Source: an uncultured Acidobacteriota bacterium (GTDB lineage Bacteria; Acidobacteriota; Blastocatellia; RBC074). Taken from it: a stretch of 64,000 nt of DNA. Positions 31,622-42,380 of this stretch are shown here, piece after piece. The notes beneath the pieces are model-generated. The model was not told the origin of the DNA. It did not search any database and saw only the letters and a program-made list of their open reading frames with translations. Position 1 is the first letter of the stretch. Every line of letters begins with the position of its first letter. A program made the translations under genes and the position numbers. The stretch lies in assembly GCA_963796275.1 (NCBI GenBank), contig CAWCKY010000004.1, positions 512,001 through 576,000 on the forward strand. Reading direction: 5' to 3'.

Positions 31622-34438
31622 ATGAGAAGAAAAATATTATATATACTCTGCCTTTCCATCTTATTCGGTAGCGCATTCCCGACCATTTTTGCGCAACAAT
31701 CCGTTACCACCGCGAGTCTCAGCGGTCGCATCGAGGATGCGAGCGGCGCTGCGATTCGGGGCGCTTCCGTCACTGCCACCTATATCGATCAAAACCAGCA
31801 TGTTACAACTACCACCGATGCTCAGGGGCTTTTCCGATTTCTGTACCTGCGGTCGGGCCGATACCAGCTCAGAGTGGAGGCATCCGGGTTTGCCCCGACC
31901 AGCCGGGAATTGACGCTGACCATCGGAGGCGCACTCGATCTGCAACTGAGGCTCGCAATAGCAGGCGTTGAGACGACAGTCGATATCAGATCAGAAACGC
32001 CATTGGTCGAGATTGTCCGGACCCAGATCGCTGAAACCTTGCTGCCTCTTGAAATCAGCAACCTGCCGCTAAACGGGCGCAACTTCCTCGACCTCGCGGC
32101 GCTCACGCCCGCCGTTACGCGCGCGAATCCGGTCGCCAACCAGCGTTTCGCCGAAACTTCGGCAGTGCCGGGAACGCAGATATCGGTCGCCGGACAGCGC
32201 AATATAAACAACGGGTTCATTGTCGACGGGCTCTCCTCCAACGATGACGCGGCCGATTTGCCGGGAACTTCTTACAGCCACGAAGTGATCCGCGAGTTCG
32301 AGGTCATTACCTCCGGCGGCATCGCCGAATTCGGGAGGGCATCGAGCGGGATCATCAACATCATCACGCAATCGGGAACGAATGATTGGCGGGGCCGCCT
32401 TTACGGCTTCCTGCGCAATCAGCGGCTCGATGCGCGCAATCCGCTCTCGACGGCGCCGGACCCGCGCAATCCGGGAACATTGTTGAAAGACCCGCTTACG
32501 CAGGTGCAATACGGTGCGACTGCCGGAGGGCCGCTCAAGCGCGATCGTACATTCCTGTTTGCCAATTTCGAGCAGACGCGTCTCCACAATGCCGTCGTGC
32601 TGACTGTCCAACCCCAGGACGTGACGGCGATCAACGCAGCACTCGACCAGCTTAACTATACGGGGCCGCGTCTGAGCACCGGTCTGGCGCCGGCCGGATA
32701 CAACACGTCCAATTTTATGGCGCGCGCCGATCATCGGTTGAACGCCGCCAATATCCTCATGGCTCGTTACAGTTTCTACGGTATTGACAGTCTTAATGCG
32801 CGCAGCGTCGGCGGATTGAATGTAGTCAGCCGCGGTACGGCCTTGACCGATCGCGACCACACGATCGCGGTCAGCGAGACGGCGACGCTCACGCCCGGCG
32901 CAGTCAATGAGGCGCGATTACAATTCACGCGCAGCCGGCTTGGCGCGCCGGCCAACGATCTGGCCGGTCCCGCCGTAAATATCTCAGGCATCGCCAATTT
33001 TGGGACCTCGACCACCTCGCCGACCGGCCGAAACCTCGATCTTTTCGAATTCGCCGATAACGTCACCATTCTGCGAGGGGCGCATTCACTGAAATTCGGC
33101 GCCGACTTCCTATACAACCGTCTAAACATAACTTTTCCGGGCGCATTGCAGGGAGTCTATACTTTTGCGCAAACAGCTAACCTGCAAACAGGCCGCTACA
33201 TCACCTTCCAACAGGCTTTCGGGGATCCGGATCTGTTTCAATCAAATCCGAACATTGGTCTCTTCGCGCAGGATGAATGGCGACTTCGGCCAGGCGTGAC
33301 GATCAACGCAGGGTTACGCTACGACGCGCAGTGGCTCCCCGATCCGATCCGGTCGGACACGAACAATATCGCGCCGCGGCTTGGCATCGCCTGGGCTCCG
33401 GGAGATCGACGGACTGTCGTCCGCGCCAGTTATGGGATATTTTTCGAGCGCATACCATTGCGCGCAACGTCTAATGCGCTGCAACGCGACGGCACGCGAT
33501 ACAAAGTCGCTTCGTTCTCTTTCGGTCAGCCCGGCGCACCGGTCTTTCCCAATGTAGCCGCGGCATTTCCGGCCGGATTTTTGCCCAGCATCACGACGAT
33601 CGACCCGAATATTGAGAATGCCTACACCCAGCAGGCAGGTTTACAGATCGAACGCGAGTTGACCACGAACGCTTCGATTTCAGTCGGCTATCTGCACACG
33701 CGCGGGCTGCATCTGATTCTTTCGCGTAACATCAATGTCCCCCGCTTCCCTGCTTCAATAGGCGTGCCGAACCAGGGCCGGCCCAATCCGAATTTCGGCA
33801 ATATCTCGCGTTATGAAAGTTCGGGGGATTCCTACTATCACGGTCTACTTGTTTCGCTCAATCGCCGATTCAAGCGTTGGATCGGGGGACGCGTGTCCTA
33901 CACGCTCTCTAAGGCTATCGACAATACCGGGAATGCGTTCTTTTTCACTCCGCAGGACAATTTCAATCTACGTGGTGAGCGTGGGCTCAGCGATAATGAC
34001 CAGCGGCACGTCCTGGCGGTGAGCGGGACGCTGGCTGCCCCCGAAGCGGGACGGGATGGGACGTGGCGGCGCATCGTCGCTGGATTTCAACTCAATCCCA
34101 TCTTCAGGTATGGCACTGCCCTACCCTTCAATATAGTGCGAGGCGATGACCTCAATTTCGATGGCAGCACGAATGACCGCCCGCTCGGGATCGGACGGAA
34201 CACGGGAGAAGGCTTCGCTTTCGCCTCACTCGATCTGAGGGTGAGCCGCCGCATTCGCTTCTCCGAACACGCGGGACTCGAAGTGATCGCCGAGGCATTC
34301 AACCTGTTCAATCATGCTAATTTCCAATTGCCGAATGGAACGATCGGCACCGGCGCGACACCGTCACCCCGTTTCGGTCAGCCGAACGGAGCGGCCGACC
34401 CGCGGCAAATACAATTCGGACTGCGTCTGAGTTTCTAG
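31622..34438 (+). CDS. TonB-dependent receptor (Oar-like, with carboxypeptidase-regulatory-like N-domain)
   Basis: Signal peptide, LPLNGRNFLDL, SGTNDWRG, FAQDEW..GLRYD, C-terminal RQIQFGLRLSF. Confidence 0.93.
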   Translation: MRRKILYILCLSILFGSAFPTIFAQQSVTTASLSGRIEDASGAAIRGASVTATYIDQNQHVTTTTDAQGLFRFLYLRSGRYQLRVEASGFAPTSRELTLTIGGALDLQLRLAIAGVETTVDIRSETPLVEIVRTQIAETLLPLEISNLPLNGRNFLDLAALTPAVTRANPVANQRFAETSAVPGTQISVAGQRNINNGFIVDGLSSNDDAADLPGTSYSHEVIREFEVITSGGIAEFGRASSGIINIITQSGTNDWRGRLYGFLRNQRLDARNPLSTAPDPRNPGTLLKDPLTQVQYGATAGGPLKRDRTFLFANFEQTRLHNAVVLTVQPQDVTAINAALDQLNYTGPRLSTGLAPAGYNTSNFMARADHRLNAANILMARYSFYGIDSLNARSVGGLNVVSRGTALTDRDHTIAVSETATLTPGAVNEARLQFTRSRLGAPANDLAGPAVNISGIANFGTSTTSPTGRNLDLFEFADNVTILRGAHSLKFGADFLYNRLNITFPGALQGVYTFAQTANLQTGRYITFQQAFGDPDLFQSNPNIGLFAQDEWRLRPGVTINAGLRYDAQWLPDPIRSDTNNIAPRLGIAWAPGDRRTVVRASYGIFFERIPLRATSNALQRDGTRYKVASFSFGQPGAPVFPNVAAAFPAGFLPSITTIDPNIENAYTQQAGLQIERELTTNASISVGYLHTRGLHLILSRNINVPRFPASIGVPNQGRPNPNFGNISRYESSGDSYYHGLLVSLNRRFKRWIGGRVSYTLSKAIDNTGNAFFFTPQDNFNLRGERGLSDNDQRHVLAVSGTLAAPEAGRDGTWRRIVAGFQLNPIFRYGTALPFNIVRGDDLNFDGSTNDRPLGIGRNTGEGFAFASLDLRVSRRIRFSEHAGLEVIAEAFNLFNHANFQLPNGTIGTGATPSPRFGQPNGAADPRQIQFGLRLSF

Positions 34439-34540
34439 GTGAAACAATAAGACATAAAGGAGCAAAAAAAGGGGAATTATGGAATCTCGGCTTTTTTGCT
34501 CCTTTTTGTCTTTTTTGTTTCCCTTTACAATTCTGATGCT

Positions 34541-34882
34541 ATGAATCTAAATCGCAAATTACCGACCAGGATCATCATACTTATTAGTCTGATCCTCATC
34601 GCTATTACCGCCTCTTGCCGACAGCAGCCTGCGGATCAACCGGTCGTGCGGCGTTATGAGTTCAAAGGCCGCGTCGAATCGCTCGATTTCAACCGGAAGC
34701 GCGTGACCGTGGCGCACGAAGCGATCAAGGATTATATGGAAGCGATGACGATGAGCTTCGCCGTTAAAGATGAAAATGTGCTGCGAGAGTTGAAGTCCGG
34801 AGATCAGGTGCAGGCGATGCTTGTTTATGATTCCTCAACCAACCTCTCGTGGCTGGAGGATATCAAGGTCTTAAATAAATAA
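34541..34882 (+). CDS. CusF-like copper-binding lipoprotein
   Basis: Lipobox ITASC; VTVAHEAIKDYMEAMTMSF gives the His...M-x-M Cu(I) ligand pattern; OB-fold-like LKSGDQV. Confidence 0.8.
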   Translation: MNLNRKLPTRIIILISLILIAITASCRQQPADQPVVRRYEFKGRVESLDFNRKRVTVAHEAIKDYMEAMTMSFAVKDENVLRELKSGDQVQAMLVYDSSTNLSWLEDIKVLNK

Positions 34883-34992
34883 ATAGGGGCCGGGCTGGTA
34901 AGAAGTGTAAAACTCACAGCTCTTAGATAGTTATACGATCAATCGGTGAGTTTTAAGCTGACGGTTTAACATCCATGCAACGCTCCCAGACC

Positions 34993-35898
34993 TCATTTAT
35001 GCCCCAGGACAAGGGTCGCTTTGATTGAAACGTCGAAGTACCGCTTCCGCTCATAATCGACGAGCGCTTTCAGGTCATCGGGAATAGCATCCAGAGGCGT
35101 ATCGTTCTCCATATTGTGGCGCTCGCGTTCGATTATAGTCGCCATCTGTTCCTGTACGAGTCGGCGCGTCTCTTCATCGGGCAGTATCGCAAGCCAAGCA
35201 TCCAGAAAAACAGGCTTGATCAGTGGCGCCTCGAAAAAAGCGCCGGCGTCGGGAAAATCGAACCGTTCTTTCCTCGTCACGCTACGCACATTCTTGAGTC
35301 CCGCGGCAGTCCCAGCCTGTTCGCTCCCCGTCACCGTCAAACGTTCGGTGATCAGTTCTTCGAGCTGCGGCGTATAGTAGACGATATCGAGATTGTAGAG
35401 TGCTTCCCAATAGATCGAGAACAATTCATCGAAGCTTCCTCGCGTCGCCAGTTTGAGGGCGACCGTGGCTCCTATCTTCGCCACCCTGGTCAGTTCAACG
35501 AGGCTCGAAGCAATCTCAGCTGCCGGCAGCATCGAGGCATCTCCTATGACCAGATCGAATTGATCGCTATTCAGCCCGAGCGAGATGAGAGAGCCCTCCT
35601 GAAAACTCACGTTAGTGAGCTTTTTGATTTCTGCCTTTCCGCGAGCCAGAGCTAGCCGTTCCGAACTCGGATCGACGCCGATGACCTCGACCTTTCTTCC
35701 GCCTCTGATAGCCAGGTCAATGGTATAACCCCCAGTCCCGCATCCCGCATCGAGAAACTTGCCCTCCACAGGCAACGACACCTCATCGTCGACTAGGCAA
35801 TCGAAGGCCTCGCGCCAGACGGGCACGATGTAGAGATCGTAGAGATACGCGGCTTCTTTCGCATCCTCGTTTGTTTTCCAGATTTCGTTCATCATCAA
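34993..35898 (-). CDS. Class I SAM-dependent methyltransferase
   Basis: FLDAGCGTG motif I, GVDPS, QFDLVIG. Confidence 0.85.
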   Translation of the reverse strand: MMMNEIWKTNEDAKEAAYLYDLYIVPVWREAFDCLVDDEVSLPVEGKFLDAGCGTGGYTIDLAIRGGRKVEVIGVDPSSERLALARGKAEIKKLTNVSFQEGSLISLGLNSDQFDLVIGDASMLPAAEIASSLVELTRVAKIGATVALKLATRGSFDELFSIYWEALYNLDIVYYTPQLEELITERLTVTGSEQAGTAAGLKNVRSVTRKERFDFPDAGAFFEAPLIKPVFLDAWLAILPDEETRRLVQEQMATIIERERHNMENDTPLDAIPDDLKALVDYERKRYFDVSIKATLVLGHK

Positions 35899-35930
35899 AT
35901 CTTAGCCAATACCTCGCAGCGACGGCAACC

Positions 35931-36272
35931 TCATGCGCCGAAGCTGTTGATGGCTGCCTGCTCGGTCTCGAATATCTCCAGGACTTCAGTTAGATTGGTC
36001 ACGACGATCAGCCCGCGCAGCTTCAGCGGTACGCTAGCCAGTTTGAGCACGCCCTCGAAGTCATTCACCAGCTTATGCGCTTTTATCAGCTCGCCCAATC
36101 CTGAGCTGTCCATCCGCTGGCAATCGGCCAGGCTCAATACGAAAAGTCTTTCTCCCGCCTCCAAGTGATTGCGCAACGAATTCGACAGGCGTTCGGGTTT
36201 ACCGTTAATAACCGCCTCGCCCAGAATGTTAACGATTCTTATTTTTCCAACTTTACGCTCGCTGAGATCCAT
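35931..36272 (-). CDS. STAS domain anti-sigma factor antagonist
   Basis: MDSSGLGEL motif; 113 aa. Confidence 0.9.
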   Translation of the reverse strand: MDLSERKVGKIRIVNILGEAVINGKPERLSNSLRNHLEAGERLFVLSLADCQRMDSSGLGELIKAHKLVNDFEGVLKLASVPLKLRGLIVVTNLTEVLEIFETEQAAINSFGA

Positions 36273-36372
36273 TCATCCCCCATTAAAAGTTGGGAAGCAA
36301 AAAAGTAAAAAAGCAAAAAGGGCAAAAAGAGCCCTTTCACATTTTTGTCTTTTTTGCCTTTTTGCTTCCATC

Positions 36373-38322
36373 TTAATTTTCTGCCTCTCGCTCTTCCCCC
36401 AAAATCAAGGCGCTGCGCGGAGCAATCGTTACTGATCCCGCAACTTCTTCTTTCGCATGTGCACGGGCAGGAAATACGCCTACCTCCTTTCCGTCGCCGA
36501 AAATTTGCCATTTCCCCTGCGGGACCGTGATCTCTACGGCCCTGCCCGTCGCATTGAACAGTACCATCGCGCGCGACCACTCGTCGTCCCCCGACGCGTC
36601 TTCGACAATATAAGCGATGCAGCCATGCGGCACGTGGATCCCGAGCTGGTCATCGAGGAACTTGACCGCCCGCCGCACCTCGTCGCCGGTCTCCCAGCGA
36701 AACAATGGATGAGCGCGCCTCAGCGCTATCAATCCTCGATAATAATCATATACGTCGCGATGCTCGGCCTTCTGGCGCCAGCGGATCATATTAATCGCAT
36801 CGGGCTTATCGTAGCTGTTGTGATCGCCGCCTTTACTGCGTAGAAATTCCTGCCCGCACTGTATAAAAGGAATCCCCTGCGAGGTCAGCAGTATCGCCGC
36901 CCCCAATTTATCCATCGCCCTCCGGTCGGCGTCCGTGACGCGCGCGTCGTCGATAGTGCTGATCACCAACCGGTCCCAGAGCGTATGGTTGTCGTGACAT
37001 TCGACGTAATTGATCGTTTCAACTGGCGCGTCGGCAAAATCTCCGACCGCGCCGCGGATTCCCACTTTGAGCGCGCCGATGAATTCACCCGATTGGATAA
37101 ACCCGGCTTCGCGCGCGTGGAAGACATGGCCCTTGAGCGCATCGCGGAAATGGTCGTTGAAAACCGCCCAACCCTGGCGCCGCTGCAATCCTTTTTGCGA
37201 TATCTCGATCGGCGTCGCTCCTCCCGCCCACGGCTCGCCGTAGATCATTATATTCGGATCGATCGCGCGCAACTCATGCACGATTCGGACGATCGTCTCG
37301 CTATCTATCAGGCCGAGAAGATCGAACCGGAAGCCGTCGATTTTATACTCGGTCACCCAGCGTTTGAGCGAGTCGACTATGTAGCGCCGCGCCATTGGCG
37401 CTTCGGTCCGAAACTCGTTTCCCGTTCCCGAACCGTTCCAATAGCTGCCGTCGTGTTTCAACCGATAGTAATAACCGGGAACCAGCCCCTCGAAACTATA
37501 GACGCGCCCCGCATCGATATTTTCGTAAGTGTGATTGAAGACCATATCGAGCGTGACGCGGATTCCGCGACGATGAAGCGCGTCGATCATCTGTTTCACC
37601 TCGCTCACGCGCCGCGCATCCAGTCTTTCGGTCGCATACCAACCATCGGGAGAGTTGTGATTTACGACATCATAGCCCCAACCGTAGACATCCTCCGACT
37701 CGCTCGATTGAAATTCACTGATCGGCATCAACTGGACGACGTTGACGCCAAGTTCGACCAGGTGATCCAGTCCGGTCGTCACGTCTATCCGCTCGGTCAA
37801 ATGCGTTTCGGATTCCGTAAGACCCAGGTATTTGCCGCGCCGTTGAATGCCGGAATCCGGATCGATGGTGAAGTCGCGAATGTGCATCTCATAGATGATC
37901 GCCTCCGAGATCGGAAACGCCGGCCGATCCGCCACCACCGTCTCGTCGTGCACCACTATCGACCGGCCATCGGAAGCAGTGACGCAACGGGAATATGGAT
38001 CCAAAACCTCCCGCTTCGGGTCGAATCTCGGATCATCGCCCGCCGCGCTATAAGTGTAATACACACCGAGAAGATCGCCGTGGACCGCTGCCTCCCAGGT
38101 CCCATCGTCATCCCTGACCATAGTCATCCGCCTGGCTTTTCTCCCGATCGGGGCCTCGTAGAGATTAAGCACGACGTTACCAGCAGTCGGGGCCCATACG
38201 CGAAACACGGTCTCTTCCGGCTTGTAGATCGCGCCTAACTCTTTTGAAGACACCAGATCCAGTGCAGATTCAGAAGAGTCTGAGGAAGGTGCCGATTTGT
38301 GTTCAGTCTGTTCTCTTTGCAT
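36373..38322 (-). CDS. pulA: Type I pullulanase (GH13)
   Basis: [37 protein letters not shown] and YVECHDN motifs; no signal peptide. Confidence 0.9.
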   Translation of the reverse strand: MQREQTEHKSAPSSDSSESALDLVSSKELGAIYKPEETVFRVWAPTAGNVVLNLYEAPIGRKARRMTMVRDDDGTWEAAVHGDLLGVYYTYSAAGDDPRFDPKREVLDPYSRCVTASDGRSIVVHDETVVADRPAFPISEAIIYEMHIRDFTIDPDSGIQRRGKYLGLTESETHLTERIDVTTGLDHLVELGVNVVQLMPISEFQSSESEDVYGWGYDVVNHNSPDGWYATERLDARRVSEVKQMIDALHRRGIRVTLDMVFNHTYENIDAGRVYSFEGLVPGYYYRLKHDGSYWNGSGTGNEFRTEAPMARRYIVDSLKRWVTEYKIDGFRFDLLGLIDSETIVRIVHELRAIDPNIMIYGEPWAGGATPIEISQKGLQRRQGWAVFNDHFRDALKGHVFHAREAGFIQSGEFIGALKVGIRGAVGDFADAPVETINYVECHDNHTLWDRLVISTIDDARVTDADRRAMDKLGAAILLTSQGIPFIQCGQEFLRSKGGDHNSYDKPDAINMIRWRQKAEHRDVYDYYRGLIALRRAHPLFRWETGDEVRRAVKFLDDQLGIHVPHGCIAYIVEDASGDDEWSRAMVLFNATGRAVEITVPQGKWQIFGDGKEVGVFPARAHAKEEVAGSVTIAPRSALILGEEREAEN

Positions 38323-38393
38323 AGCGTTAATATTTGTATATGTGAAGACTATCCGATTATATTAATCGCACCCCGACAATTCAAAGAACGCTT

Positions 38394-39022
38394 ATGGAGA
38401 TACAGGAAATACTGGTCGAGATCGGAAGAAATTTTTACAACCGCGGATGGGTCCTTGGTACGAGCGGGAATTTCAGCGCGGTGATCAATCGCGACCCTTT
38501 TCGACTGGCCATCACCGCCAGCGGCGTGGACAAAGGGAATCTCGTTCCGTCTCAGATACTCGAGGTCGATCGAGAAGGGAAAGTCATCGCCGGTGATGGC
38601 AAACCATCGGATGAAACGAAACTGCATTTGACGGTTATTCGCACGCGCGGCGAAGCAAAAGAGGCAAACGGGGCAACGGGGCAATCGGCGGGGTAAATGC
38701 GGTATTGCATACGCATTCTGTCTGGAGCACTATAATCTCGCTTAAATACAAAGATTGCCTCGAAATCGGAGGCTTTGAGATGCTGAAAGGCCTCTCTGGG
38801 GTCAGCACGCACGAACACGTGGAGCGACTGCCGATCATCGACAATTCACAGGATATGAGTGCCCTGGCCCTGACGCTCGAAGAAACTTTAAAAAAGCATC
38901 CGGATGCTCATGGATTTCTGTTGCGCGGGCACGGACTCTATACCTGGGGGCAGAGCCTGAACGAAGCGAGACGACACGTCGAGATATTCGAGTTTTTATT
39001 GGAAGTAACTGGAAGATTATAG
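38394..39022 (+). CDS. mtnB: Methylthioribulose-1-phosphate dehydratase, frameshifted in a repeat insert near 38675
   Basis: [20 protein letters not shown] and PSDETKLH in one frame; AVLHTHS and [11 protein letters not shown] in another. Confidence 0.88.
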
Positions 39023-39128
39023 TTTGTAGTTTTCAGTTTTTAGTTTTCTGTTTTTTGTTGCGAGTGATTTTGAAAACTGGAAGAGACTGAGACTGAGACT
39101 GAGAACTGGAAACTAACTAAAACTGAAT

Positions 39129-39698
39129 ATGGCCATTATCAATATTCCTGACGAAGATCGCACAATCACCGAGCCGGATGAGATCGCAGCATATCTGGCC
39201 GGCATCGGAATCGCTTACGAACGATGGGAGCCATCACACCCGGTTACGGCGGATGCTCCAGCCGACGAGATACTGGCGGCTTACTCGCGCGAGATCGAGG
39301 AACTCAAAACGAGCGGCGGTTATGTGACGGCTGACGTGATCGATGTCTCGCAGAGGACGCCGGGGCTGGAAGAAATGCTGGCGAAATTCAACCGCGAACA
39401 CTGGCATGACGAAGATGAAGTGCGGTTCATCATCGAAGGTCGTGGGATATTCCACATCAGACCCGAAAACGTCCCCGTCTCCGCCATCGAAGTGGAAGCG
39501 GGGGACCTGATTCGCGTGCCGCGCGGCACATGGCACTGGTTCAATCTCTGCGCGGACCGCCGCATCAGGGCGATCAGGCTCTTTCAGGATCCGTCCGGCT
39601 GGACCCCGCATTACACGCAGAGCGAGGTCGATCGCAAATACCAGCCAGTTTGTCTGGGAACGTCATACCTTCCGCAGCAGAACATTTCAGCGAGATGA
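39129..39698 (+). CDS. mtnD: Acireductone dioxygenase
   Basis: [11 protein letters not shown]...HWF...AIRLF. Confidence 0.93.
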   Translation: MAIINIPDEDRTITEPDEIAAYLAGIGIAYERWEPSHPVTADAPADEILAAYSREIEELKTSGGYVTADVIDVSQRTPGLEEMLAKFNREHWHDEDEVRFIIEGRGIFHIRPENVPVSAIEVEAGDLIRVPRGTWHWFNLCADRRIRAIRLFQDPSGWTPHYTQSEVDRKYQPVCLGTSYLPQQNISAR

Positions 39699-40438
39699 AT
39701 TTATCACCGCACCAGATCGTGTTGTTGGATATCGAGGGAACGACCACACCGATCGATTTCGTCTACGATGTCTTATTTCCATATGCTCGAAAAAACATTG
39801 CGGATTTTCTCAGTCGTAATCTGACCTCCGCCGAAGTCCGCGCAGAACTGGTGCGATTGCGCGCAGAAAGAGAGGATGATTTTCAGCAAGGCCTCGATCC
39901 GCCCGCTTACAACGATGATTCCGGCGAGAAACTGCGCGAATCTACAGTCAATTATCTTCGCTGGCTGATGGACAACGACCGGAAATCGACACCATTGAAA
40001 TCTCTACAGGGAAAGGTCTGGGAAGAGGGTTACCGCGCAGGCGAGCTGAAGAGCCGTGTATTCGCCGATGTCCCACGCGCTTTCGCTCGGTGGCGCAGCC
40101 AGTCGAAACAGGTATACATTTACTCATCAGGAAGCGTTCTCGCGCAGAAGCTGTTGTTCGCACACACCGAGGCGGGCGATCTCACTGAATTTATCAGCGG
40201 ATATTTCGATACAAATATCGGCCCGAAATCAGACGCAGGCAGCTACCATCAAATTGCGGGGCGCGTAAAAAAGTCCCCTCCGAAAATTGTCTTCGTTTCG
40301 GACGTCACCAAAGAGCTGGCCGCCGCTCGTGCAGCGGGGATGCAGGCAGTCTTATCGATTCGCCATGGAAATCATCCGCAACCCGATCACCCATCATTCC
40401 AGGCGATCACCACTTTCGACGAATTATTTGACGATTAG
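39695..40438 (+). CDS. mtnC: Enolase-phosphatase E1
   Basis: [25 protein letters not shown] and FVSD motifs; ATGA overlap with mtnD. Confidence 0.93.
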   Translation: MNLSPHQIVLLDIEGTTTPIDFVYDVLFPYARKNIADFLSRNLTSAEVRAELVRLRAEREDDFQQGLDPPAYNDDSGEKLRESTVNYLRWLMDNDRKSTPLKSLQGKVWEEGYRAGELKSRVFADVPRAFARWRSQSKQVYIYSSGSVLAQKLLFAHTEAGDLTEFISGYFDTNIGPKSDAGSYHQIAGRVKKSPPKIVFVSDVTKELAAARAAGMQAVLSIRHGNHPQPDHPSFQAITTFDELFDD

Positions 40439-40510
40439 AGTATTGATCCGGAGAGAGCGTAAGCTCCCACATGGGAACAGGTCGCTCACGCCAGATGCTG
40501 CATATTTTTT

Positions 40511-42055
40511 TCAAACCTCGTTCCGCGCCCTGTTTCGCCCATAAACCCCGGCCATTTCAGCCAGGCGCCAGCGGATCTCCGGCGTCAGATCTTCAGATCG
40601 GTAACGCCAGCTCCAGTTGCCGCTCACGCGCGCAGGAACGTTCATTCGCGCTTCACTGCCCAGACCGAGCACGTCCTGCATAGGAATAATCGCGGTGTTT
40701 GCGACGGAGCTCAATGCCAGGCGGATGAAATCCCAATTGATCTCACTCCCATCAGTTCCCAGGTATTTAAGTACCAGGCTGCGTTCTTCCTTCACATCGT
40801 CATCGCTGCGCGTGCTATCACCCGCTCCGGTGCTGTTGAACCAGCCGATGGTCGTATCATTATCGTGAGTACCCGTATAAACCACGGTATTCTGGGTAAA
40901 GCTGAACGGTTTGAACTCATCGGATTCGGGATCGGAGCCAAAGGCGAATTGCAGGACGCGCATCCCGGGAAACCCGAATTTCTCGCGCAGTTTTCTCACC
41001 TCGGAAGTGATAAGCCCGAGGTCTTCGGCGATGATCGGCACATCGCCCAGATCGGCTTTAATCGCGTTGAACAATCCTGACCCCGGCCCTTTCTCCCATT
41101 TACCATTGACCGCAGTCGTCTCGCCGCCGGGCACGGCATAATACTTTTCGAACCCCCTGAAATGATCGAGCCGTAGGATGTCGACTAGCGATAGGGTCTT
41201 GCGTATGCGGTCGATCCACCATCGATAACCATCCTTCTTCATAACCTCCCACCGATAGAGGGGATTGCCCCAAAGTTGCCCCGTTTCGCTGAAGTAATCG
41301 GGCGGAACGCCTGCCACCTTCGTCGGATTGCCCTCAGCATCCAGATGGAACAATTCGGGGTTCGCCCAAACATCTGCCGAGTCGTGGGCGACGAAGATAG
41401 GCAGATCGCCGATGATCTTCACGCCTTTTTGATTAGCGTATTGTGCGAGCTTCAACCATTGTTTGAAGAAGAGATATTGAGTGAATCGGTGAACGCTGAT
41501 CTCGATCGAATGATTTTCCCGCCAGTAATGCAGCGCATTGTCTTCGTGCGATCGCAGAAAAGGCTCCCAACTTGTCCACTCCTTCCCGCCGTGCGCATCC
41601 TTGATCGAGCGATAAGCCGAGTAGTCTTCGATCCACCATCCGGTCTGATCGATGAACGCGAGATACTCCCCTTTCGCTTCATCCGAACCACGATCGATGA
41701 AATTGGCGTGCGCCTTTGCCAATAGCTCATTTTTAAAATTGATCACCAGGCCATAATCTACGCGATCATCGGGAAACTGTGGCGGATGCGCCAGATCGCT
41801 CTCCTCCAAAAGCCCGTCTTCCAACAGAAACTCCAGACTTACCAGCATGGGATTCCCGGCGAACGCTGAAAAGCATTGATATGGAGAATCGCCATATCCG
41901 GTCGGGCCGAGCGGCAAAACTTGCCAGAGAGATTGACCGGTGGCTTCGAGAAAATCCACGAACTCATATGCCGAGCAACCCAGATCGCCGATGCCAAATC
42001 GCCCGGGTAGTGATGTCGGGTGCAGCAATATTCCGCTGGCCCTTGAAAAACTCAT
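40511..42055 (-). CDS. malQ: 4-alpha-glucanotransferase (GH77)
   Basis: GILLHPTSLP, AGVPPDYFSETGQLWGNPLY, RLDHFRG, AEDLG and YTGTHDNDT motifs. Confidence 0.95.
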   Translation of the reverse strand: MSFSRASGILLHPTSLPGRFGIGDLGCSAYEFVDFLEATGQSLWQVLPLGPTGYGDSPYQCFSAFAGNPMLVSLEFLLEDGLLEESDLAHPPQFPDDRVDYGLVINFKNELLAKAHANFIDRGSDEAKGEYLAFIDQTGWWIEDYSAYRSIKDAHGGKEWTSWEPFLRSHEDNALHYWRENHSIEISVHRFTQYLFFKQWLKLAQYANQKGVKIIGDLPIFVAHDSADVWANPELFHLDAEGNPTKVAGVPPDYFSETGQLWGNPLYRWEVMKKDGYRWWIDRIRKTLSLVDILRLDHFRGFEKYYAVPGGETTAVNGKWEKGPGSGLFNAIKADLGDVPIIAEDLGLITSEVRKLREKFGFPGMRVLQFAFGSDPESDEFKPFSFTQNTVVYTGTHDNDTTIGWFNSTGAGDSTRSDDDVKEERSLVLKYLGTDGSEINWDFIRLALSSVANTAIIPMQDVLGLGSEARMNVPARVSGNWSWRYRSEDLTPEIRWRLAEMAGVYGRNRARNEV

Positions 42056-42380
42056 CTTATCCTCCCCCAGATTGTAGGCAGGATCTCGCTAAAATGTGAT
42101 TGCGATTGAATTTTGAACATCCTGGAAATCCCGCCTGAATTTCTCTGTTATTTGACCGACATGTACGGGTCCTATTCAGATGTACTGACAATAAACAATA
42201 AAATCAATCATCTGATATAATAAACATGCATATGCAACAAGGCGGACGAAAATATAGCATCAGGCTGATGGCATTGGAATTGCCCATGTTTATTTATGTC
42301 TCTCGGTTAGGGAATGATGTGCCACCCACCCTGTAGTGGCCTCGTTGCCTGGCCGAGGGACGAAAAGGCCGGGAATTGAT

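Noticed and set aside
36985-38238. 417-aa plus-strand ORF, and similar long antisense ORFs over groEL, the permeases, the TBDRs and the S9 peptidase
   Set aside because: Shadow frames of GC-rich genes with clear motifs on the opposite strand
38640-38710. Programmed ribosomal frameshift in mtnB
   Set aside because: No canonical slippery site or downstream stimulator seen; one missing A in a repeat explains it
39530-39694. N-terminal extension of mtnC in the ORF track
   Set aside because: Overlaps mtnD; the ATG at 39695 gives a normal-length protein with ATGA coupling
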